In this document: positions 38,790 to 48,558 of the stretch, piece after piece | How the letters are laid out: every line of letters begins with the position of its first letter | How positions within the stretch are numbered: the first letter of the stretch is position 1 | Source of the DNA: Lachnospiraceae bacterium | Lineage (GTDB): Bacteria; Bacillota; Clostridia; Lachnospirales; Lachnospiraceae | Direction: 5' to 3' | DNA length: 56,593 nt | NCBI GenBank assembly: GCA_017558205.1 | Contig: JAFYWD010000169.1 | Location: 1 to 56,593 of the forward strand | Translations under genes and position numbers: made by a program | Notes under the pieces: generated by a model | The model's database searches: none | Told to the model about the DNA's origin: nothing | What the model saw: only the letters and a program-made list of their open reading frames with translations

Positions 38790-39848
38790 TTACCAGCGCA
38801 TATCTTCTGTAATTTCTCCTACATTTTCTATATCTACTGTCATAGGCGGCATTTTAATTACAGGTGTCTGTGTCAGGGAAGAGGTATCAATATTAGAGCC
38901 CATATACATCATCAGCATACGAGCCGCTGTAGCTCCCTGATCGTAGCAGTTGGTATAAACAGTTCCTGTAATAATACCTTCCTCAATATATTCCAATGCC
39001 TTAGTTTCCCCATTAGCTCCCCAAATCATAATATCTGAATATCCTGCGTTACGCACAGCTTCTCCGGCTCCCTCTGCCATCTGATCATTATGAGCAAACA
39101 CTGCATCTATCTGATCTCCATAGGTTGTAAGAAAATCCTGCATTACTGTATTTGCTTTTTCCATATTCCACTCAGCTGTCTGTTCATCTAAAATGGTGAT
39201 TTCAGGATATTCTGCCATGGCCTGCTGGAAGCCCTGTTCCAGACTTTCTCCTCTGGCTGCTCCCGGTGTAGCCTGAATAACTACCACATTGCCTTTCCCG
39301 TTAAGATCTGCTGCCATTCTTTGTCCGATGGCATAGCCGGCCTCCACGTCTGTCATGGCAACCAAGCCTGCATGAGGTGTATTTACATCAATATTGATAC
39401 ATACAACAGGAATTCCTGCTGCTTCCGCATCAGCTACCGCCTGGGCACTGGCATCTGAATTCCATGCCTGTAAAATAATTCCGTCATATTCCTGGGCAAT
39501 TAAATCAGCAATAATTGCATTCTGGGTATCTGAGCTTTTTTCTCCGTCAAAGGTATTAAATTCCACATTGCTCCAGTATTCCAGCTCCTGCTTAATTCCT
39601 TTTTCCCAGGCCGTTCCGTTGGCTTCTGAGGCTGCTGTGGGAATCCAGCCAATCTTAATGGGATCTGCGTAAGGATTTTTACTGTTTTCCTTTACTGCAA
39701 CTGTTCCCTTTTCTTCCCCGGCTGCTTCTGTATTTTCTGTTCCTTCTGTGACAGGTACATTCCCTTCATTGGCAGGTGCACAGGCTGCCAGAGAAAATAC
39801 CATGGCAAAGGCACAGACACCACTGAGTAATTTTTTTAATTTTATCAT
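38790..39848 (-). CDS. sugar-binding lipoprotein, periplasmic-binding-protein type I (RbsB-like, CUT2)
   Basis: Lipobox LAAC and a Peripla_BP_4-like sequence. First gene of the SBP-permease-ATPase-permease operon. Confidence 0.85.
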   Translation of the reverse strand: MIKLKKLLSGVCAFAMVFSLAACAPANEGNVPVTEGTENTEAAGEEKGTVAVKENSKNPYADPIKIGWIPTAASEANGTAWEKGIKQELEYWSNVEFNTFDGEKSSDTQNAIIADLIAQEYDGIILQAWNSDASAQAVADAEAAGIPVVCINIDVNTPHAGLVAMTDVEAGYAIGQRMAADLNGKGNVVVIQATPGAARGESLEQGFQQAMAEYPEITILDEQTAEWNMEKANTVMQDFLTTYGDQIDAVFAHNDQMAEGAGEAVRNAGYSDIMIWGANGETKALEYIEEGIITGTVYTNCYDQGATAARMLMMYMGSNIDTSSLTQTPVIKMPPMTVDIENVGEITEDMRW

Positions 39849-40080
39849 TATTTTTTTCCTCTCTTTCTCTCATAATCAATCAGCAAGTGATTGCTTGTGG
39901 GCTGAACTGTTACTATTCTTCTGATTTTACTTCCAGCCTTTATTTAGCTGCTGGCTTTCATCTTTGTCTGTATTTTGTTATGTTACACTCCTATATTACA
40001 AATCTGGATATAGAATGTCAAGTTTTTAAATAGGTGCAATCCCTTTCTCTGTAACTACAACTCCTTAAACACTTAAACAT

Positions 40081-40116
40081 AAAAAAGTACCGGCTTTTGC
40101 TTTCCGGTACCCGTTT
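40081..40116. terminator. terminator after the C_GCAxxG gene
   Basis: GTACCGG-cttttgcttt-CCGGTAC with an A6 run before it (a U-tract on the minus strand) and a T-run after. Confidence 0.7.
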
Positions 40117-40117
40117 T

Positions 40118-40522
40118 TTATTTCCATAATACTTCTTCTACGATTTCTATTCCGGCTTTAATACAATCATTACAGGAACAAAGCACTACCCCTGTATCCA
40201 GCCCTTTTAGCTTTCTGCAAACAGTTTCTCCTGTTTTTTCCTTAAAGCGTCTTTCCATTTCAGCAGAAAGCTTATAGGTATCAGCCTTTGTTTTGGGTGA
40301 CTCCAGATTTTTATCACTATTCTTTAAGCCTGCCAGAAGAATTGCTCCCGTCAATGCTCCACAGGTCTGATTGGCCGCTCCCATTCCCAGACCAAAGCCC
40401 TCTGTCATACTAAATAACAGCTGCTCCTCCACTTGTACCTCCTCTTTAAAGGCACAAGCTACACACTGAGCACAATTATATTTTTTATCATGCAATTGCA
40501 TTGCAAGTTCTTTTTTATCCAT
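40118..40522 (-). CDS. C_GCAxxG_C_C family (putative redox-active) protein
   Basis: YNCAQCV...CGALTGA...C..C pattern defining the family. Start placed at ATG 40522 (MDKKEL). Confidence 0.8.
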   Translation of the reverse strand: MDKKELAMQLHDKKYNCAQCVACAFKEEVQVEEQLLFSMTEGFGLGMGAANQTCGALTGAILLAGLKNSDKNLESPKTKADTYKLSAEMERRFKEKTGETVCRKLKGLDTGVVLCSCNDCIKAGIEIVEEVLWK

Positions 40523-40544
40523 GGTTTTTCTCCTTCTGTTTTCT

Positions 40545-42305
40545 CTACGCACCGGGGATACTTTTTTCCAGACACAATGCTCCCCAGCCTACCCTGTTAT
40601 TGGGATAGTTCTCTTCCCCGCGAATGGGCTTTGCCCCTTTTCTCAGATAAGCCTTTATTTTTTCTCCGTATAGATAGGGATCATTTCCTCTAACAATTCC
40701 CCACTCCATTAAAAGAGCTGCACTTCCGCTAACCATAGGAGTTGCAAAGGAGGTTCCCGTATAGGTTTGGACACCGCCTCCCGGCGCAGAAGCCAGAATT
40801 CCTACTCCCGGTGCTGCCAGGTCCGGCTTATTTCTTTCTTCCCACAAAAGGTCTTCTTTTTCTAAGCCTTCACCACGACCTGAAAAATCTGCATATACTC
40901 CGGTAGCATCATTATAGGCTGCCACAGAAATTGTTCTTGCTCCGGTGGCAGGATTCGTAATTGTAAGATCCGGTTCCTGCCGTAAAAAACCGGTGTCAGA
41001 ATTTCTCTGCTGCCCGGCCGGAAGATACATTTGAATCTGTCCTACGGTAATCTTCCTTTCTATAAAACGAAAATTCCATATTCCCTCATTCAGATAAGAC
41101 TCTTTGGGCAAAAACACAAAAAAAACTTCCTGTTTACTGCTATAAGGTGTGGGAACTCCTGTATATACCAGCACCTTGGTTTCCTGCCAGATAAAGGTCT
41201 GCCTTTTGGGGATGGTCTCCAACAATAGGGAGAACACCTGTCCATCAGGGGCAATTAAGTCGATAGAAAAATCATCCTCATAAAATTTCCACAACTGCAC
41301 ATTTACCGTTGGCTCTCTTCTTCCAATCGTTAAGCCTATGGTTTTTATCTCCCTGATATTTCCTGCAAAATGACCTCCTGCAATTCCCTCATTACCACAG
41401 CCTACGCAAATACTTGTTCTTCCCATGGCTGCTGCCTGATCCAAAAACTGCTCTACCAGGGAGCTTCCGTCCCTGGGACCATAGGTATTTCCAAAGCTCA
41501 GGTTAATTACCATCGGTCTTACATATTCCTCAGCCTTCTGAATACAATAGGTTACTGCTCTCATCAATTCTGTAGTAGAAGGATAGCCTCTTTTCCCGGA
41601 AGGTCTAAGCTTTACAATCAATAAATTACTGCCCCTTGCCACTCCCTGCAGCAATCTTTGAGGATGAGATGAGGCAGCCACTGCAGTTACTGCTGTTCCG
41701 TGGCCTCTTTCATCAATTTGGGAAACCAGCTGCAAAGCCTCTTCCTTTGTTTGTGCCCGCAGTGCCAGGTTAATTCTCTCCCTGCTATACTCCACTCCCA
41801 AAAGAAAACCTTTGGGTGGAAGCTTCCCCTCTCCAGGATTGGGGATTTCTGTTTGATCCCACAGGGATAAAATTCTTGTTTCTCCCTGTACTTGAAAGTC
41901 CTCTAAAAAATAATCAATCCCGGAATCAATCACTGCCAGAATCACTCCCTTTCCGGTAAGTTCAAAAGGAGCCTCCCTGACTCTGTTTATACAGGAAGCC
42001 AGCTTTGCTTCGTAAATTCCGTAAATCAGACTCTTGGGAAGCTCCAAATATTCTATTTCCGATAAAGCTGATACCTGCTCTATCTGTTCCTCCTTCAAAG
42101 TTAAAATAGCATAACCTGCAAGCAGGATTTCTACTCCGATTCCCATATCCTCCAGCCGCCTGAGATCTCCTCGGTATTTTACAATAATCTCCCACAAGCC
42201 CTTCTCTTCTTCAATTCCCACATTCAGTATTTCTGATTTTTCTCTTTCCTCACTTGTAGAGCTGATTGCCAGTCGAAGAAGATTTTCCTGTTTCTGCGAT
42301 TCCAT
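40545..42305 (-). CDS. S8 family subtilisin-like serine peptidase, no signal peptide (possibly Csp-type)
   Basis: Catalytic triad motifs VIDSGIDY, HGTAV and GTSFATPMVSG. A ~320-aa insert lies between His and Ser. N-terminal pro-domain-like region. Confidence 0.85.
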   Translation of the reverse strand: MESQKQENLLRLAISSTSEEREKSEILNVGIEEEKGLWEIIVKYRGDLRRLEDMGIGVEILLAGYAILTLKEEQIEQVSALSEIEYLELPKSLIYGIYEAKLASCINRVREAPFELTGKGVILAVIDSGIDYFLEDFQVQGETRILSLWDQTEIPNPGEGKLPPKGFLLGVEYSRERINLALRAQTKEEALQLVSQIDERGHGTAVTAVAASSHPQRLLQGVARGSNLLIVKLRPSGKRGYPSTTELMRAVTYCIQKAEEYVRPMVINLSFGNTYGPRDGSSLVEQFLDQAAAMGRTSICVGCGNEGIAGGHFAGNIREIKTIGLTIGRREPTVNVQLWKFYEDDFSIDLIAPDGQVFSLLLETIPKRQTFIWQETKVLVYTGVPTPYSSKQEVFFVFLPKESYLNEGIWNFRFIERKITVGQIQMYLPAGQQRNSDTGFLRQEPDLTITNPATGARTISVAAYNDATGVYADFSGRGEGLEKEDLLWEERNKPDLAAPGVGILASAPGGGVQTYTGTSFATPMVSGSAALLMEWGIVRGNDPYLYGEKIKAYLRKGAKPIRGEENYPNNRVGWGALCLEKSIPGA

Positions 42306-42348
42306 AATACTGCCTTTTTATTTTAGGTTATGCTGGAAAACTACTACT

Positions 42349-43605
42349 TTATTCTATTTCTTTTTCATAAAAGGCTTTAGAGAAGCTAATCAGATACTCC
42401 AAATCCTTACTTCCTGCTGTCTCAAAGCTGGAATGCATGGCCAGCTGTGCCAGACCGATATCTGCTGTGGGAATAGAAGCATGGGAAATGGAAATATTTC
42501 CCAAAGTGGAACCACCTGCAATATCTGATCGGTTATGATAGATCTGGTAAGGAACTTCAGCCTCCTTACAAATTGCTTTAATCACAGCCCCTGTATAGGC
42601 GTCTGTTGTATACTTCTGATTCCCGTGATATTTAATAACAATTCCCTTATTTAATAAGGGATAATTTTTACTATCTGATTTTTCCGGATGATTGGGGTGA
42701 AGGCCATGGCCGTTATCCGCAGATACTAAAAAGCTGTTAGCAATCATCTGACTTAGTTCTTCTCTTTTTCCCAGACTATAAGTAATCCTCTCCAGATTAG
42801 AAAGTAAAAAGTCAGAATCTGCTCCCTGTCTTGTACTGCTTCCCACTTCTTCATTATCGAAGATACAGTATACATTACAGTAGTCTCCTGCCTTTGCCTG
42901 TAAAAATCCTTCCAGGGTACCGTAAGCACATTCTAAATCGTCAATTCTGGGAGCACCTATAAACTCTTTATTTTTTCCCAGAAAACAGCCGGACTGTCTG
43001 TTATATACAAATAAGTCCTTCCCCAAAATCTCCTGATCATTTCCCAGCTTTTCCTTCAATAAAGCATCCAGGCTGTCATCTTCCTGTCCGGACCAAAGAG
43101 GCTGTAAATCAACCTGGGCATTATAAGCAAAGCCCTGATTGATTTCCCGGTTCAGATGAATTGCCACATTAGGTATAATACAAAGATTTTCCTCAAAATT
43201 TATCAATTTTGTTTTTAACTCTTTTCCTTCTTTTACCACTACTCTGCCTGCCATGGAAAGGGGCCTGTCCAGCCAGGTGGAATCTATCATTCCTCCATAT
43301 TTTTCCACATTAAATTTTACATAAGACTTTTGGGTAATGGCTTCCGGCTCTTCCTTCAGCTTAAAGCAGGGAGAATCACTGTGTGAGGCCATGAGAAGGA
43401 AGCCCTTGGGACTATTTTTAGGAAGCTTAAAGGCCAAAAGGGAGCTGTCATTTCTGACTACATAGTAGCTTTTGCCTGCCTCCAGAAGATAACTATCCTT
43501 TTCTTCCAGGGAAAGGAAGCCTTCTTCCTCCAACCGTTGTCTGATATTTTCCACAGCATGATAGCTTGTTGGACTTTTTTCTATAAAGCTAAAAAACTTT
43601 TCCAT
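42349..43605 (-). CDS. M18 family aminopeptidase (aspartyl aminopeptidase-like)
   Basis: N-terminal SPTSYHAV, with HSDSPC, DNEEVGS and metal-ligand motifs. Start placed at ATG 43605 behind GAAGGAG. Confidence 0.85.
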   Translation of the reverse strand: MEKFFSFIEKSPTSYHAVENIRQRLEEEGFLSLEEKDSYLLEAGKSYYVVRNDSSLLAFKLPKNSPKGFLLMASHSDSPCFKLKEEPEAITQKSYVKFNVEKYGGMIDSTWLDRPLSMAGRVVVKEGKELKTKLINFEENLCIIPNVAIHLNREINQGFAYNAQVDLQPLWSGQEDDSLDALLKEKLGNDQEILGKDLFVYNRQSGCFLGKNKEFIGAPRIDDLECAYGTLEGFLQAKAGDYCNVYCIFDNEEVGSSTRQGADSDFLLSNLERITYSLGKREELSQMIANSFLVSADNGHGLHPNHPEKSDSKNYPLLNKGIVIKYHGNQKYTTDAYTGAVIKAICKEAEVPYQIYHNRSDIAGGSTLGNISISHASIPTADIGLAQLAMHSSFETAGSKDLEYLISFSKAFYEKEIE

Positions 43606-43620
43606 TATTCCCACTCCTTC

Positions 43621-44529
43621 CTATTTCTTAATTACAACCTCACCCTTTTCCTGTAAAAAGGCCGGGTAATAGGATAATTTTGCCTTTCTTAATCCTTCGG
43701 CTCCCGTATCCTCTTCTCTGTTTACATAAAGAAATTCTGTGGCCTCATGGGCTAAAAACTGCTGATTAATCATAGGGTACGCTCCCTGTACCTCAGAAAG
43801 GGCTTTTTCAATATGAACCACAAACATCTGATCATTCAAAGCCTCTCCTAAGGTAAAGGCTACAATTCTTTCTCCTGCACGAAGAACTCCTCCTTTTAGT
43901 CCCAGTTGTTCTGCCTCCATTACTGCTCTTCTGGTCACACAAAATTCATTGTGCTTTTCTCCCCGTTCCTCACATAGATTGATACGCTTCCACTCTTCTG
44001 CCATTTCCAGACATTCTTCCCTGTTTTCATCAGATAATGGCTCATAAGACCAGTCGGGATGATTTTCCTTAAATTTATTAATATGATTTCTTTTTCCGTG
44101 AAGCTTTTTTCCTGCCAAAGAAATCATCTTTTCCACTTCATATACATAATCTGCGGAATCTCTGTCATAGACAATTTCATATTTTCCGGGAAAAAGCTCC
44201 TCCAATAAAGCAAACTTGTCCTCTGTCACCAGATGTAGCTTAAACTCACAGTTAATTTCCTGAAAGTATTCCTCCAGCAGTAATAATACCTGTTTTAAGT
44301 TGGCTTTACTTGCCTCATCCTTGGCAAAAGGAATACAAACAGAGGTGGTTTCCTCTTTTGTAATGAAAACCAACATGTCCTCTATGATTGTATACTTCAT
44401 TTCATAAAAGGGCGCCCATAAATAATTATTGGCAAAGGATATTTCACAGCATTTACTTTGTTCGTATTTATAATAAGGCTCCAGGATTTCTCTGGATTCC
44501 ATGGTAATATCTTTCCATTCTATCTTCAT
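43621..44529 (-). CDS. DUF2156 domain protein (stand-alone homologue of the aminoacyl-phosphatidylglycerol synthase C-terminal domain)
   Basis: About 300 aa, with ISFANNYLWAP near the N-terminus and a GNAT-like tandem fold pattern. Start inferred at MKIEWKDIT; the alternative start is at 44565. Confidence 0.6.
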   Translation of the reverse strand: MKIEWKDITMESREILEPYYKYEQSKCCEISFANNYLWAPFYEMKYTIIEDMLVFITKEETTSVCIPFAKDEASKANLKQVLLLLEEYFQEINCEFKLHLVTEDKFALLEELFPGKYEIVYDRDSADYVYEVEKMISLAGKKLHGKRNHINKFKENHPDWSYEPLSDENREECLEMAEEWKRINLCEERGEKHNEFCVTRRAVMEAEQLGLKGGVLRAGERIVAFTLGEALNDQMFVVHIEKALSEVQGAYPMINQQFLAHEATEFLYVNREEDTGAEGLRKAKLSYYPAFLQEKGEVVIKK

Positions 44530-44641
44530 ATACTCTTCTGTCTCTCTTTCTCTTCTAAACAACATTATCCCTAATGTGGTATTCTATCACTTCCCAACAG
44601 AATAATCTATAGAAGTAAAAGGGAAAAAATAGCATAAATTC

Positions 44642-45748
44642 TCACTTTTTATAGTAATACTGTCCTTCCTGGCATATTTTTTCTTTGATCTGTAATTGAA
44701 GAAGAATGTCCAATAATTGCTGAAGTGTCATATCTTTTTTCTCTCGTTTTATATTTTCCAGGATTTCCTCTATAAATAGGGGAGTAACGTCTAAAGCATT
44801 CAGAATTATTCTTTCTAATTTATCCGGTACATATTCCTCCTCTCCCTCTCTTTTTTGATATATGGTTTTATAATGGTCACAGATTTCTTCTGCAAATTCA
44901 CTGACAGATAAAATCATTCCCGCTCCCATTTTAATCAGCTGATTACAGCCCTTGCTTAAATCATCTGTGGTTCTGCCCGGTACACAATAAACTTCCTTTC
45001 CCTGCTCCAGCGCCATGTCCACGGTGATCAGGGTTCCGCTTTTCCTTCTGGCTTCTATGACTACCAAAATGTCCGCCAGGCCGCTGATAATCCTGTTTCT
45101 TGGAGGAAACAAGCCGGGAGCCGGCTTTGTATAAGGAGAGTATTCTGATAACAGGCAGCCCTGCCTTTGAAGCCGTTCATATAAGGGATAGTTTTCTTCC
45201 GGATAACAGACCTGTACTCCACATCCCAATACTCCTATACTCCTTCCCCCTGCTTCTAAAGTATTCCACTGACAAATACCATCAACTCCTCTTGCCATAC
45301 CGCTAACTGTAAGAATTCCGTTTTTTGCCAGTTCCATCCCCATCTCTTTTGCCATCAGCTTTCCATAGGCAGAACATTCCCTGGCTCCCACCACTGCCAG
45401 TGTAGGAAGGTTCCACAAATGTTTTTCTCCTTTTTTATATAAAAGTAAGGGCGGATCCGGAATTACAGATAATTTGGAGGGATAGCCTTCACTGCCATAA
45501 TACAGTAAACAAATCCCGGCATTTTGCAATTCCTCCCACTCCCTTTGTATATTTATGGATTGACGCTTACGCTCAATTTCTCCTGCAAGCCTTTCAGAAA
45601 TAATATTTTCCAGCAAACCTGTTCCTTCTTCAAAAAGCTGCCTGGGTGTTGTTACTTCTAAAATCTTCCTCATAGTTATCTTCCCTACCCCGGGAATCTG
45701 ATACAGCCAGTGATAATAGGCTTCCTCCGATAGCTCTGTTGTTTTCAT
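44642..45748 (-). CDS. dprA: DNA-processing protein DprA
   Basis: Rossmann-like DprA core (VVGARECSAYG...SGMARGVDG...PPRNRIISGL). Start placed at ATG 45748 behind AAGGAG. The ORF track start at 45775 is a TTG that overlaps comM. Confidence 0.9.
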   Translation of the reverse strand: MKTTELSEEAYYHWLYQIPGVGKITMRKILEVTTPRQLFEEGTGLLENIISERLAGEIERKRQSINIQREWEELQNAGICLLYYGSEGYPSKLSVIPDPPLLLYKKGEKHLWNLPTLAVVGARECSAYGKLMAKEMGMELAKNGILTVSGMARGVDGICQWNTLEAGGRSIGVLGCGVQVCYPEENYPLYERLQRQGCLLSEYSPYTKPAPGLFPPRNRIISGLADILVVIEARRKSGTLITVDMALEQGKEVYCVPGRTTDDLSKGCNQLIKMGAGMILSVSEFAEEICDHYKTIYQKREGEEEYVPDKLERIILNALDVTPLFIEEILENIKREKKDMTLQQLLDILLQLQIKEKICQEGQYYYKK

Positions 45749-45764
45749 ACTTTCTATACTCCTT

Positions 45765-47288
45765 TTATCTTTCAAACCCTCGATAGCAAATAGCCTCTGC
45801 TAAATGCTTTCTTTCTATTTTTTCTGACTGTTCTAAATCAGCAATGGTTCTGGCCACCTTTAAAATCCTGTGATAGGCTCTGGCACTTAATTTTAATGAA
45901 TAAAAAATCTGCTCCATATATTGTTCTTCTTCCTCCTGTAACTTACAGTAACCGTCAATATCTCCCGCAGTAAGCTGGGAATTGAAATAATATTTAGTTC
46001 CCTCATAGCGTATTTCCTGCATTTTCCTTGCTGCCATTACTTTTTCCTTCAGTTCTTTACTTGAAATCTGTTTTTTGGGCTCTTTCAGATGCTCCCATAA
46101 GGTTTGTTTTGCTTCTACACAAAGATCCATTCTGTCGTAAATAGGTCCGGAGATTCTGTTCCTGTATTTTTTTATTTCTGCTTCACTGCAGCTGCACCTG
46201 TTTCTATCGGGATAAAAGCCGCAGGGACAAGGGTTCATGGCTGCAACCATCATAATATCTGCAGGATAAGTGATACTTCCAAAGCTTCTGGCAATCTGAA
46301 TTTCCTTATCCTCCAGGGGCTGTCGTAAAATTTCAATATTTTCTCTGCCAAATTCCGGCAACTCATCTAAAAATAAAATACCCTTATGGCTGAGACTGAT
46401 TACTCCCGGTCTGGGAATCCTGCCTCCTCCTGCCAAAGCCTGTTTTGAAATTGTATGATGGGGATGTAAAAAAGGACGTGTCGTTATGATGGGTCTTTCT
46501 TTTTTTAAGAGACCGGAAACACTGTAAATTTTTGATACCTCCAAGCTTTCTTCCTTAGAAAGCGGTGGTAATATAGAGGGGATTCTTTTGGCTGTCATGG
46601 TTTTTCCGGTTCCCGGAGGTCCCAGAATCAGCAGGTGATGAAAACCGGCCGCTGCAATTACTGCCGCTCTTTTTACCAGCTCCTGACCCTGAATTTCAGA
46701 AAAGTCATAAATTTCCTCTTCCTGAAAACCATTCCCGGACTCTCCCTGTTTTTCTCTTTCTATAAAGGCTTCTCTGTCAGACGACAGTAAAATACCAATC
46801 AGATGTTCCAAGGAGGATACTCCTATGATTTTTAAACCATCTACTGCTGAAGCCTCAAAAACATTTTCCTCCGGCAAGATACAATAGGCAAAGCCTTCTT
46901 CCTTTGCCATCAGCATCATTGGTAAAACTCCCTTTACCGGCTTAATTTCACCATTTAACCCCAACTCTCCGATATAAATGGTATTTTCCAGGATTTCCTC
47001 CGGCAGCTGTTCCATACTTACCAAAATACCCAGGGCAATGGCCAGATCATAGGCGGAGCCCTCTTTTCTGATATCTGCCGGAGAAATATTTACCGTAATT
47101 CTTTGTGGTGGTAGTCGAAAGCCGGAATTTTTCAGGGCAACTCTCACTCTTTCCCGTGATTCTTTTACCTCACTGTTTAACAGACCTACTAAATCAAAGC
47201 CGGGTAAGCCTGTAGAGACATCTACCTCCACTCCTGCCGGAAAGCTTTGGATTCCATGGATGCCTGCCGTATGAACCTTGCAAAACAT
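45765..47288 (-). CDS. comM: YifB/ComM family Mg-chelatase-like AAA+ ATPase
   Basis: N-terminal Lon-protease-like ChlI domain, Walker A GPPGTGKT, and a Cys-rich insert CPCGFYPDRNRCSC. Confidence 0.9.
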   Translation of the reverse strand: MFCKVHTAGIHGIQSFPAGVEVDVSTGLPGFDLVGLLNSEVKESRERVRVALKNSGFRLPPQRITVNISPADIRKEGSAYDLAIALGILVSMEQLPEEILENTIYIGELGLNGEIKPVKGVLPMMLMAKEEGFAYCILPEENVFEASAVDGLKIIGVSSLEHLIGILLSSDREAFIEREKQGESGNGFQEEEIYDFSEIQGQELVKRAAVIAAAGFHHLLILGPPGTGKTMTAKRIPSILPPLSKEESLEVSKIYSVSGLLKKERPIITTRPFLHPHHTISKQALAGGGRIPRPGVISLSHKGILFLDELPEFGRENIEILRQPLEDKEIQIARSFGSITYPADIMMVAAMNPCPCGFYPDRNRCSCSEAEIKKYRNRISGPIYDRMDLCVEAKQTLWEHLKEPKKQISSKELKEKVMAARKMQEIRYEGTKYYFNSQLTAGDIDGYCKLQEEEEQYMEQIFYSLKLSARAYHRILKVARTIADLEQSEKIERKHLAEAICYRGFER

Positions 47289-47397
47289 AAATCTTTACTC
47301 CTTCTCTTTACTTTTTATTTATTCTATTAAGTATAGAACTAGTATATCACTTCTCTTGTTATAGTTCAACAGGAACATAAATTTTATTTCGTTCCTT

Positions 47398-47976
47398 TCA
47401 TCTATTCTTTTTACCATATTCTTCAACTATGTTATGAAACTGACTTCCGCATTTTTCCAGTTCCCCTAAGACTTTACCTATTTTTTCACGGCTGTAAAAC
47501 CAGTTATCTTTGCTGATTTCCTTTGTTATTGTGGGGCAAACAAGAATTTCCGTATCAGGAAACATGACCTGATAATACAGCTTACTTCTTCTGGCATGGT
47601 AAGCCTGACAACAAAGCAGTGCCCGTTTGATTTCTATTCCTTTCTCTTCCACAAGCTTCCTTGTATAAATGGCATTTTCATAAGTAAAGGTAGCATTTCT
47701 TTCTTGTAAAACAGCCTCCTTGGGAACTTCCTGTTCTAAAAGAATCTGAGTAAAATAATCACTTTCCGTTTCAAAGCCCTCAACGATATTATATCCCAGC
47801 CCTTTGGCATATTTTCCGGAGGGGATAATCAGCGGTGCATATCCCTGATGGTAAAGTCCTGCTGCAGTAATTGCCAGGTCGCCTTCATTGGATCCGGGAA
47901 TGAAAATGACATCCGCCTCCTTTGGTTCATCCTCTAAAAAAATAAAATTTGTAATTTCCTGTAAAAACTTCGCCAT
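47398..47976 (-). CDS. YdcF/DUF218 family protein
   Basis: 192 aa with ADVIFIPGS...PLIIPSG...T.ENA motifs typical of the DUF218 (SanA/ElyC/YdcF) fold. Confidence 0.7.
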   Translation of the reverse strand: MAKFLQEITNFIFLEDEPKEADVIFIPGSNEGDLAITAAGLYHQGYAPLIIPSGKYAKGLGYNIVEGFETESDYFTQILLEQEVPKEAVLQERNATFTYENAIYTRKLVEEKGIEIKRALLCCQAYHARRSKLYYQVMFPDTEILVCPTITKEISKDNWFYSREKIGKVLGELEKCGSQFHNIVEEYGKKNR

Positions 47977-48222
47977 CTTCCCTTCTCCTTCCTATCTGTT
48001 GGTATTTTTCTGTTATTTTTTCTCATTGTAACATAGGAAGTGAAAAATAAGCTAAAAAAGCAGCAATCATTTCTCTATGCTCTTCCAACCCACCAACCTT
48101 GTGGATATTAATTGAAAAAATAAGAGAAAAGCATCCAAATTATCTCTTCAAAATTATAAAATATCTGGAAAACACCATAGCTTCTTAAGGAAGCTGGAGC
48201 ATTTCATAGTTTATAATCAACC

Positions 48223-48262
48223 AAGCTCCAACCTTCTTTGATTTTTTTGGAGCTTTTTTTAA
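48223..48262 (+). terminator. terminator-like hairpin with no annotated upstream gene
   Basis: 9-bp stem AAGCTCCAA/TTGGAGCTT with a 15-nt loop, followed by T7. Lies within the long ydcF-pfp gap. Confidence 0.35.
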
Positions 48263-48435
48263 CTTTTTTGTTATAACATCCAATTTGCAGTTTTTTATAT
48301 GAAAATAATATTTTCTATATCTAAAATTTGGATGTTCCTCAAGCCTTTTTCTAAATAAGCTCCAAAATTTGGAATATAGGACTCTGTGATTGGCGTAGGT
48401 GTGAAAAATAACGAACTGCCAGTTACTTTTCATAC

Positions 48436-48558
48436 CCACACCAATCATTGGCTGATTGGTGTGGAGAATGCAAATAAAAGTGGCACAGAATCTGCCCACC
48501 GCTGAAAGCGGTTTTTAAATGGGCAGATTCCGTTACGTTCACTGGCCTGCCTGTGAAC
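48436..48558. ncRNA. cluster of three strong hairpins: candidate structured RNA or leader of unknown class
   Basis: Hairpin 1 is a 12-bp perfect stem at 48436-48464. Hairpin 2 is an 11-bp perfect stem (48488-48498/48520-48530) enclosing CCGC-tgaaa-GCGG-TTTTT. Hairpin 3 is a 6-bp stem (48537-48542/48553-48558). No known riboswitch or RNA family consensus was recognised. Confidence 0.25.

Noticed and set aside
48185-48499. 104-aa minus-strand ORF in the ydcF-pfp gap (Lys-rich, MGRFCATFICILHTNQ...)
   Set aside because: It has no RBS and no recognisable family. Its start codon lies inside a perfect 11-bp hairpin. Its Lys-rich stretch is just the complement of a T-rich terminator. It is most likely a chance ORF in AT-rich non-coding DNA.
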